Below are positions 38,783 through 46,112 of a stretch of 59,656 nt of DNA, one piece after another. The number at the start of each line of letters is the position of its first letter. Within the stretch, counting starts at the first letter, position 1. The notes under the pieces are model-generated. The model saw only the letters and a list, made by a program, of their open reading frames with translations. It searched no databases and was not told where the DNA came from. This stretch comes from a virus (lineage: Duplodnaviria; Caudoviricetes). The DNA lies in IMG/VR virus record IMGVR_UViG_3300009499_000123, positions 1-59,656 of that record. The stretch is one strand, 5' to 3'. A program made the position numbers and the translations under genes.

Positions 38783-38791
38783 TCCAGGGAG

Positions 38792-39397
38792 ATGCCCATG
38801 TACCTGCAAATGGCCGGTCTGCAATTCATGCCGACCGGCGTGATCCTTTACGTCATCAACTACGTCGACCTCGATCGGCAGCACCTCGCCCGCGAGATCG
38901 ACGAGCGTTACGAGCCCTTCCACCACTGGGGCGAAGTGCCGGACGACTTCAGCTACCGCAAACCGTATCGCTACCGGTTGCGCGGCGGGGTGGTGGAAGC
39001 CTCGCCACCCGACGACCAGGACTACCGTTTCCACTACCGCCGGCTGCTGCTGATGGACAAGGTGCATGCGGCGTTGCGGGCGCAACGGACCTCATTCGGC
39101 TCGCGGTCCTTGCCGCTGCAGGAACGGCTGCTTGATCTCGCCCATGCCGAGTGCCAGGCGCTGAACGATCAGGGCGGCCAGAACGGTGAGGCGTTGCCGC
39201 TGCTGGAGGCGATGGCCACGGCCTGGAACACCACTCTGGCCACGGCGGCGGAGCGGGTGGGGATGGAGTACGCCGACCGGCAAGACGCGCTGATCCAGTC
39301 CGAGGTCCGCCGCTTACAGGCCCTGGCGGCCGTTTGTGCCGCGCGCGATCACCAGGACCTGGACGCGCTGTTCGTGAGGTACGGCTGCCATGACTGA
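38792..39397 (+). CDS. Putative tail-fibre assembly chaperone
   Basis: Directly after the fibre. C-terminal PLLEAMA..T.A..AERV..E..R..A..A..L pattern resembles fibre chaperones. Confidence 0.55.
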   Translation: MPMYLQMAGLQFMPTGVILYVINYVDLDRQHLAREIDERYEPFHHWGEVPDDFSYRKPYRYRLRGGVVEASPPDDQDYRFHYRRLLLMDKVHAALRAQRTSFGSRSLPLQERLLDLAHAECQALNDQGGQNGEALPLLEAMATAWNTTLATAAERVGMEYADRQDALIQSEVRRLQALAAVCAARDHQDLDALFVRYGCHD

Positions 39398-40406
39398 ATT
39401 GCTAGTCGCCCGCAATCTGGTGCGGGGCAATCCGTTCGCGAGCGGTCTGCGCCAGGTGATCGGGGGCGTCGTCACGACCTCGCGTCTGGCGTGCAAGCCC
39501 GATCTGTTGCGCTTTGGCGCGTGCTGCCCGATGCCCGATGCGACGACGGGGCCGCAGATGTCTTTCGCGGACTGCTGTGATGCCCGCGCGCGCGAATTGC
39601 TCGACGCGCATGCGCGGCTGCACGTCATGTGGTCGGGCGGTATCGATTCGACCGTGACGCTGGTCGCCTTGCTCAAGGCTTTGCCCGCCAACGAACACGA
39701 CCGGCTGACCGTGTACCTGTCGAGCCACAGCATCGCCGAGAATCCCGGGTTCTACCAGGCCCACATCGCCGGCCGGCTGCCCGTCCAACGGACTGTGGGC
39801 AAGGCAGGGTTGTACGACGAGGTGGTGGTCACCGGCGAGCTGGGTGACCAGTTGTTCGGTTCCGACCTGATGCTGGAGGCCACGCGGCGATTGGGCTTCG
39901 AGAGCTTGGCGCAGCCGCATGCCATGATCCTGCCCCGCCTGTTTGGCAGCATCGCCGGGGATGCCGAGGCAGGCGCCGCGATCTATCGGCGTTATGCGCC
40001 GATCGCCGACGAGGCTCCGTACCCTCTGGTCAGCGCCCAGGACTTCTTGTGGTGGTGGAACTTCTCCCAGAAATGGCAGCACGTGAAGTACCGGCATCTG
40101 CTCTATGAGCCACCGGGCTCGGACTATCGCGCGTTGCTCGGCAAGGTCCGGCATTTCTTCGATACGGAGACGTTCCAGCGCTGGAGCCTCACGCATCCCG
40201 CCGACAAACTGGGCGCCGGCATCGACACCTACAAGATGCCGGCCAAGCGCTACATCGTCGAGTTCACCGGCGATCAGAGCTACCTGACCAAGATGAAGAT
40301 CGGCTCGCTGTGCAAGGTCTTCAAGTATCCGCCGGTGGCCGCCATCACCACCGAGGGCGCGCCGGTCGATCAGGTCGGCTTGCAGGCGTTCGTCCTTTCT
40401 GACTGA
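39390..40406 (+). CDS. Asparagine-synthase-like ATP pyrophosphatase (PP-loop), no glutaminase domain
   Basis: VMWSGGIDST PP-loop and VVTGELGDQLFGS (compare the Asn synthase GEGADE.FGGY motif). Confidence 0.75.
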   Translation: MTELLVARNLVRGNPFASGLRQVIGGVVTTSRLACKPDLLRFGACCPMPDATTGPQMSFADCCDARARELLDAHARLHVMWSGGIDSTVTLVALLKALPANEHDRLTVYLSSHSIAENPGFYQAHIAGRLPVQRTVGKAGLYDEVVVTGELGDQLFGSDLMLEATRRLGFESLAQPHAMILPRLFGSIAGDAEAGAAIYRRYAPIADEAPYPLVSAQDFLWWWNFSQKWQHVKYRHLLYEPPGSDYRALLGKVRHFFDTETFQRWSLTHPADKLGAGIDTYKMPAKRYIVEFTGDQSYLTKMKIGSLCKVFKYPPVAAITTEGAPVDQVGLQAFVLSD

Positions 40407-40489
40407 ACGCCTCACTCCGTTCGTTTTCGATTCGCGGCCCGCGCCGCTCCCCCATTTGTTCAACCCATCCTTCCGAAGGAGGAATAGCC

Positions 40490-40816
40490 ATGCCTTTCAC
40501 CGTCACCAAAACCACCACGCGCCCAGCCAATGACGTGCCCGTCTTCAAGGACAGCGCCAATCTCGATCCCGAGGTTGCGACCGCGATCGCCAACGTCGGC
40601 CATGCCGTGCGCACGCATCCGGCCGTGCAGTCCCGCTCGGTCGAGATGTCGGCCGACGGGCTGACCAAGACCACGACCACCGTCTGGGAGAGCCAGGAGG
40701 CTTATGACAGCTTTCAGGCCGCCAACAGCGGTGACCTGGGCAAGGTCTCCAGCGCGGCCAGCGCCTACAACAAGTCCAACGGCATCGTCGTCAACACCAC
40801 CAAGACGGGGGCCTGA
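40490..40816 (+). CDS. Hypothetical protein (108 aa), possibly a dimeric alpha/beta barrel
   Basis: Strong AAGGAGG RBS. TTVWESQEAYDSF resembles the WES.EA motif of ABM-type barrels. Confidence 0.6.
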   Translation: MPFTVTKTTTRPANDVPVFKDSANLDPEVATAIANVGHAVRTHPAVQSRSVEMSADGLTKTTTTVWESQEAYDSFQAANSGDLGKVSSAASAYNKSNGIVVNTTKTGA

Positions 40817-40818
40817 TC

Positions 40819-41529
40819 ATGAAAACCGGCACCTATATCGACGCCCGGCACAGCATGTACCCGTGCCAGTCCTGGCTGCTGTCCAAGCCCGTCAAGGACC
40901 ACATCACCGTTCCGCCGTATTGCACACTGTACGGCTTTGTGGTTTCCGGCCACGCAGACCGGGCTGCCTCGATCATCGAGGGCGCGGCCGGAGCGGATGG
41001 TCCGAGGGTTCTGCGCCAAGCCGGACAGGGGCAGTATTTCTGCCACGCCACCGGCAGCGAAACGGCCACGCTGGTTCTCGATGACGAGGGCGACGTCCAG
41101 GTCTTTGCCGTGATCCGGCATGGTTTCCGTGGGCAGGGACTCGTCGGCGGGCCGATCGAGGCCTCGGGGCGGCTTTGCTACATCGACAACTGCTCGGACT
41201 CCCTGCTGGTCTACCCGCCGCGCAAGGGCGACCCGAGCCTGAATCACCTATCGTTCCCGGCCGGCGTGCGCCAGTCGTTTCACATCCATCCCTCGATTCG
41301 CCTGGGCGTGGTCGCCAACGGGTCCGGCTTTGCCTGCTTCGCGGACCGTGAGATGCCGCTGACGGCCGGCACCTTGTTCTGCATCGAGGAGCGCGAGCTG
41401 CATCGCTTCCGCACGGAAGATCAGCGGCTCGATGTCATCGCGTTCCACCCGGACGGCGATTGGGGGCCGACCGATCAGGATCACCCGATGCTCAACCGCA
41501 CGTATCTGTCGGCGGCGCGTCATGAATGA
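40819..41529 (+). CDS. Cupin-domain protein
   Basis: HIHPSIRLGVVANGSG..L.AG..F.I....LHRF cupin metal motif. Confidence 0.78.
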   Translation: MKTGTYIDARHSMYPCQSWLLSKPVKDHITVPPYCTLYGFVVSGHADRAASIIEGAAGADGPRVLRQAGQGQYFCHATGSETATLVLDDEGDVQVFAVIRHGFRGQGLVGGPIEASGRLCYIDNCSDSLLVYPPRKGDPSLNHLSFPAGVRQSFHIHPSIRLGVVANGSGFACFADREMPLTAGTLFCIEERELHRFRTEDQRLDVIAFHPDGDWGPTDQDHPMLNRTYLSAARHE

Positions 41530-42193
41530 TCCGGCCCTCCTACGGATGACATACCCCGATGCGCAGCTGCATGCCGGCGGGCATCGGCACCAGGTGCTGA
41601 CGGCGGTCCGGTCGCCCAATATCGTCGTGCTGGGCGGGTTTCTGGACGAGGACGCCTGCCGCGATCTGATCGATCTGGCCCGCCCGCGCATGAAACGGTC
41701 CTCGGTCGTGCATCACGCCGAGGGGGTGCGCATCGACGAAACGCGCACCAGTTCCGGCTGCCATTTCCGGCGCGGGGAAGTGGCGCTGGTGGCGGGCATC
41801 GAGCAGCGCATCGCCGAACTCACCGACATCCCCCCGGAAAACGGCGAGGGCCTGCAGGTGTTGCATTACCTGCCTGGGCAGCACTACGTCCCGCACTGGG
41901 ATTACTTCCCGCCGGAGAGCCCTTCGTCCGCCGACATCGTCCGGCCGGAATTCGGCGGCCAGCGTGTCGCCACCTTCATCGCCTACCTGAACACCGTTCC
42001 CCTCGGCGGGGAGACGGAATTCCCGCGTGCCAGCGTCAAGGTGGCAGCCGTCCAGGGTAATGCCTGCTTTTTCTCCTACCGCACGGCGGATGGACAGCCC
42101 GATCCACTGACGCTGCACAGCGGCAACGCCGTCATCGACGGCGAGAAGTGGATCGCGGTCAAGTGGCTGCGCGAGGGGCGCTATCCCCAGTAA
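41522..42193 (+). CDS. Prolyl 4-hydroxylase-like 2OG-Fe(II) dioxygenase
   Basis: RTSSG, EGLQVLHY..GQ.Y.PHWD (HxD), QRVAT...YLN.V..GGET.FP and LHSG..V..GEKW. Confidence 0.92.
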   Translation: MNDPALLRMTYPDAQLHAGGHRHQVLTAVRSPNIVVLGGFLDEDACRDLIDLARPRMKRSSVVHHAEGVRIDETRTSSGCHFRRGEVALVAGIEQRIAELTDIPPENGEGLQVLHYLPGQHYVPHWDYFPPESPSSADIVRPEFGGQRVATFIAYLNTVPLGGETEFPRASVKVAAVQGNACFFSYRTADGQPDPLTLHSGNAVIDGEKWIAVKWLREGRYPQ

Positions 42194-42253
42194 GGCCGGC
42201 CGAGCCATGAGTCGGCTCGGCGGCATCCCAAATTTCAACGAAAGGAGTCAGAC

Positions 42254-42535
42254 ATGAGCGATGTCTGTGAATGCGGCCGTCCCATCGGTCCGCAAGTAGA
42301 GCGGCATGCCGGCGGCGTGCTGTCGGACAGCGATCGGCAGGCGCTGGCCGATGCGCTGTGCGAGGCATTCGAAAAATCGGCGCCGGTACTGTCCCAAGCC
42401 CTGTCCGATGCGCTGCAAGCGCAGTTCGAGCGCGTGATCGGGCGTGGTGTCGTGGGCTGGCTCAAACGCATCCTGATCGCCGGCATCTTGATTCTGGCCG
42501 GCTACACCTACACGAAAACCGGAGGTCTGAAATGA
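42254..42535 (+). CDS. Single-TM membrane protein (holin/antiholin candidate)
   Basis: AAGGAG RBS; C-terminal hydrophobic helix; first gene of the lysis region. Confidence 0.55.
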   Translation: MSDVCECGRPIGPQVERHAGGVLSDSDRQALADALCEAFEKSAPVLSQALSDALQAQFERVIGRGVVGWLKRILIAGILILAGYTYTKTGGLK

Positions 42536-43008
42536 ACATCACTATCACCCGAAAACAGTCCACGCCCAGCGGCACCCCGGGTCAACTGGTCGCCACAAAT
42601 CCGGCAGGTGAGACCTTTACCTGCAACACCCTGGAGCTACCGTGGCAGGACAACACCCCGGGCGTGTCCTGCATCATCGATGACAGCTACGGCGCGACGA
42701 TCTGGCATTCCGATCATCTCGACTGCGACGTCCTGCGTCTGGAAGACAAGCATGGCCGGCAGAACTGCCTGATCCACTGCGGCAACTTTGCCGGGGACGT
42801 CTCGCAGGGCATGGAAACCCAGGTACACGGCTGCACGCTGGTCGGCAGCCGCTACGGGTCGCTGGTCAATGACGACGGAGATGGGCAACTGGCCATCCTA
42901 GACAGCCGCGTGACGCTGGCCAAACTGGTCGCCTTCGTCGGCAGCGGTGAGCACACCGTCAACTATCAATGGGCGGAAGGCTGTGACCCTGCCGCCTGCC
43001 ACGCTTGA
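42532..43008 (+). CDS. DUF5675-like protein, endolysin candidate
   Basis: T.G.L..C.TLELPW.DN....SCI..LIH.GN..GC.LVG; sits between two membrane-protein genes. Confidence 0.7.
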   Translation: MNITITRKQSTPSGTPGQLVATNPAGETFTCNTLELPWQDNTPGVSCIIDDSYGATIWHSDHLDCDVLRLEDKHGRQNCLIHCGNFAGDVSQGMETQVHGCTLVGSRYGSLVNDDGDGQLAILDSRVTLAKLVAFVGSGEHTVNYQWAEGCDPAACHA

Positions 43009-43020
43009 GGAGGGAACACC

Positions 43021-43398
43021 ATGGACATCAGTGGCATCGGCACGGCGGCGGAAGCCGCCAAGAGCATCATCGGCATGTTCTTCCCCGACAAGACCGAGGA
43101 GGACAAGGCCAAGCTGGCAGCGACGCTGGCGCTCATTCAGACGCAGACCGATATCGACAAGGCCGAGGCGCAGAGCTCGGACCCGTTGCAGCACTGGCGC
43201 GGGGGCCTCGGCTGGGTGTGCGTCGCGGGGTATTTCTGGAACTTCGTCGGCGGGCCGCTCACGAACGCGGCAGCGGCCGCCGTCGGCCATCCGCTCAATC
43301 TGCCGTCGCTCGACCTCGGACCACTGGCCACGCTCACGCTCGGCATGTTGGGGCTCGGTGGGCTGCATGTGGCGGAGCGGGTGAACGGGGCGGCGTAG
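43021..43398 (+). CDS. 3TM-type holin
   Basis: D..EA.S...WR...GWVC..GMLGLGG signature. Confidence 0.8.
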   Translation: MDISGIGTAAEAAKSIIGMFFPDKTEEDKAKLAATLALIQTQTDIDKAEAQSSDPLQHWRGGLGWVCVAGYFWNFVGGPLTNAAAAAVGHPLNLPSLDLGPLATLTLGMLGLGGLHVAERVNGAA

Positions 43399-43541
43399 CG
43401 ATGTGCCAAGCTAGCCTCCCGGCATGGAATCGAGACGGGTGGGTAATTTCACGGCGCCCCGAAGCCTGCAAGCCAAGAAATCCTTGGCTTGCAGGCCGAA
43501 CCGAGCGTTCATGTCATCCACAGTCACAACGGAACATAGAG

Positions 43542-43832
43542 ATGGGTATTCGATACAAAAAAGCCATCATCGATGACGTCACGTCGCGTAACATGGACGC
43601 CAGTCTGCAAGACAATTTGCTTGACCTGTTCGAGTCGGCCATGAAGTCGGTAGCCACGACGCTGGCGCGTGAGGCCAAATTCGACACCACCGACTTCGCT
43701 ACCGCCAAGGCGCGCGGCTGCGAGGGTTTCACCCTGCTGGTGAGTCGCGCCCGCGCCGATTCACGAGACAGCTGGTTCGGCGCGTTTCAGCGTGGCGATG
43801 AACGCCTCGACGTGATCGGCCATCTGGAATAA
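43542..43832 (+). CDS. Hypothetical protein (96 aa)
   Basis: Stand-alone ORF convergent with the cargo operon. Confidence 0.55.
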   Translation: MGIRYKKAIIDDVTSRNMDASLQDNLLDLFESAMKSVATTLAREAKFDTTDFATAKARGCEGFTLLVSRARADSRDSWFGAFQRGDERLDVIGHLE

Positions 43833-43836
43833 CTCA

Positions 43837-44784
43837 TCAGTCCTCCATCTCGGGAACGTCCCAGTCCACCAGACGTGCCTCGCCGGTCTGGTAGAACTGC
43901 TTCACCAACTTCACGTACTCCAAAAAATCCCGGTTCTCCGTGGCCAGTCGGTTAGCCATATCCCAATCGATCTCGTCACGCTCGCGCGCCGGAATCAGCA
44001 CTTGGCTGTCAGCAGGGTTGTCCACATCCAGCTTGATGAAGCCGATGCCGTGGGCGGCGAAGAGCATCCGCAGCTCCTTCAGGGTGTCGGTGCCGCCAAT
44101 TTCCGCCGCAACCAGATAGCCGAAGTTGGCCCACGATGAGTTCGATACGGCCTGAAAGAAGCACTCACGCACGTTTGAACGGTTGATCAGCAGCTTGGCC
44201 TCGAACGACCACAGCTTGGTGCGCTTGTCGGAATACTGGTTGACGCAGTCGCGTACCTCCTGATGCCACTCAGCGCCCAAGTCCTCCATGCCGACCACGT
44301 CCGGGTACAGCCAGCGGTTGCCGTTGGGGCCGCGTTTGTTCGATGACCGCTTTTCGTCGATGCGCTTGGAGAACACGCCGAATTCTTCCCACAGGTATTG
44401 CGACAGCAATGGATACAGCGCATGCTCGTCGATCTTCAAAGCACTCGCATCTGCTGCCGCCGACGTTCCCTCGCTTTCGACCGCTGCCACTTCGGCGCTG
44501 TCTGAGCGCTCCGAGTAGTAGTACCTGCGTGGCCGCCCCTCGGTCGTTTTCAGCTCTGGGTGCCGCGTTTGCATGCGCGGGCGCTGCGAGCTGATCTCTG
44601 CAACGAGTTGCTGCACCAAATCAGCATCGGACTTGATGTAATCGCCCCGACTATTTGCCCGCTTTTCCTGACACTCATCCGGGTAGGTGGCGAATACCCA
44701 CTCGGCGATCTGCCGTGCAGTGAACTTCTCCTCGGGTCGTTCCTTCAGGTAGCCGATGACGGCCTTTGCCAGATTGAGTGCCAT
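43837..44784 (-). CDS. COG2958/HrgA-like protein (HTH plus PD-(D/E)xK nuclease-like)
   Basis: EHALYPLL..W.YPDVVG..SFE.K..FFQAVSNSSWANFGYLVA. Confidence 0.8.
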   Translation of the reverse strand: MALNLAKAVIGYLKERPEEKFTARQIAEWVFATYPDECQEKRANSRGDYIKSDADLVQQLVAEISSQRPRMQTRHPELKTTEGRPRRYYYSERSDSAEVAAVESEGTSAAADASALKIDEHALYPLLSQYLWEEFGVFSKRIDEKRSSNKRGPNGNRWLYPDVVGMEDLGAEWHQEVRDCVNQYSDKRTKLWSFEAKLLINRSNVRECFFQAVSNSSWANFGYLVAAEIGGTDTLKELRMLFAAHGIGFIKLDVDNPADSQVLIPARERDEIDWDMANRLATENRDFLEYVKLVKQFYQTGEARLVDWDVPEMED

Positions 44785-44795
44785 TGTTCTTCCCC

Positions 44796-45572
44796 TCAGA
44801 GCCGGAACAGCTTCTTGATTTCATTCTCTGCCGTTACCGGCATGTCATCTTTTTCGTACTGCTTGACGTTGGCCGCGATGCTTTTTGCTCGGGTGATTTC
44901 GTTGTTCACCCACTGCGAGTAGGACGAGTTCGTATTCAGGTTCTCGATGACTGCCAGAAAGTAGTCCTTTTGGTTCGACAGAAACCAGAAGTTCAGGCCA
45001 CAGACCCATTTCTCCATCTCGAAGGATTGGAAAGGGAATCCGGCAGTTGCATTCCAGTACTTGAAAAGCCGAATCGTTGGTTTGATCAGCGATTTATGAT
45101 CTTTGTTCTTTGCTTCGAGCGTGGAGTTGAAGTCGTTCGGGTTGGTGGTCATCCAACCACCGGAGGTATTCGGGATTTGCAATCCGTCGAGCCATGCCAT
45201 CGTTGCTGGTACGAGGTCGAACTTGATGTGATTCAGTTCGAGCAAGATAGTTGGGCTGGACTGCCGGATCTCCGACGAGCCGTAATATTTCTCGACGAAG
45301 GTCTTGAGCCGATTCAAATATGTCTGAGGCGTGGCATTGTTCTCGCTGAAGACGATCATGTAATCGATATCCGAATGCTCGTCCATCGAGCGCGGCAGGA
45401 TGGTTCCCCGCGTCGATGAGCCGAAGCGGAAGTGCCGCTTGATTACACTACTGGCGAAATGCTGCCCGATCCGGGTTTGCAACGTCGAAATGGAGGTCGT
45501 GATCGACGACTGCTCGGTCGACGAAAGCACTGCATTGCTGGCAGTGTCCGTCAGAAAGCTCAATACTGACAT
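44796..45572 (-). CDS. SMODS-type (CD-NTase-like) nucleotidyltransferase
   Basis: FGSSTRGT..SDIDY and KFDLVPA catalytic triad, W..TNP, IRL.KYWN. Confidence 0.85.
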   Translation of the reverse strand: MSVLSFLTDTASNAVLSSTEQSSITTSISTLQTRIGQHFASSVIKRHFRFGSSTRGTILPRSMDEHSDIDYMIVFSENNATPQTYLNRLKTFVEKYYGSSEIRQSSPTILLELNHIKFDLVPATMAWLDGLQIPNTSGGWMTTNPNDFNSTLEAKNKDHKSLIKPTIRLFKYWNATAGFPFQSFEMEKWVCGLNFWFLSNQKDYFLAVIENLNTNSSYSQWVNNEITRAKSIAANVKQYEKDDMPVTAENEIKKLFRL

Positions 45573-45576
45573 CCTG

Positions 45577-46098
45577 TCACTCCTCCTTGTCCACCTTGTG
45601 GGTAGCTTCGCCTTCCTCGATTCCCCTGCGTGCGGCGACGAACGCCCTTCGAGGAATGCTCGGACTCTTCTGGTTCAATTCGTTACGCTCGGTCGCGAGA
45701 GCCTTTAATCTCTCGGACATCTCATTCAGCCGATCCGCCTGAAGTAGTTCGATTTCCCGGAAGAAGCGCACGTCATTTCTGAGAGCTAGGAATTTCCCGG
45801 CGGCGGCACGATGCATTGCCGCGCGTTCATTGGGCTTGAGAAACGTCATAAGCCCCGTCAGCAGCGATGCCAGCAATGCAAATGCGCTAGCCAATTCCGG
45901 CTGGCTCTTTATCAGCGTGGCCCCGGCAATCGCCGCGAGCGCCGTCGCGGGAATGCCCAACCAATAGTTCCGCCTTACCCAGGTGTCCTCAGCGTTGAAG
46001 TGCCCTTTGCTGGAGTATGTCGCATCCTCCTCTATCCGTTCGGCCTCGCGGTGCAGAGCCAAAATCATGGACTGATCGGTTGTTTGAATCTGGCTCAT
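45577..46098 (-). CDS. SLATT-domain 2TM effector
   Basis: SSKGHFNA...W....WLGIP, two TM helices, A..H..A..F..L, then C-terminal helices; adjacent to the SMODS gene. Confidence 0.8.
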   Translation of the reverse strand: MSQIQTTDQSMILALHREAERIEEDATYSSKGHFNAEDTWVRRNYWLGIPATALAAIAGATLIKSQPELASAFALLASLLTGLMTFLKPNERAAMHRAAAGKFLALRNDVRFFREIELLQADRLNEMSERLKALATERNELNQKSPSIPRRAFVAARRGIEEGEATHKVDKEE

Positions 46099-46112
46099 TG
46101 TGTGCACCTCTT

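Noticed and set aside
38554-38829. Poly-Gly/Gly-Val ORF and Arg/Trp-rich ORF on the minus strand
   Set aside because: Antisense shadows of the Pro-rich fibre gene, which has the RBS, the conserved N-terminus and the correct synteny.
38288-42193. Diversity-generating retroelement or invertible tail-fibre cassette
   Set aside because: No reverse transcriptase, template/variable repeat pair, adjacent invertase or inverted fibre copy is visible.
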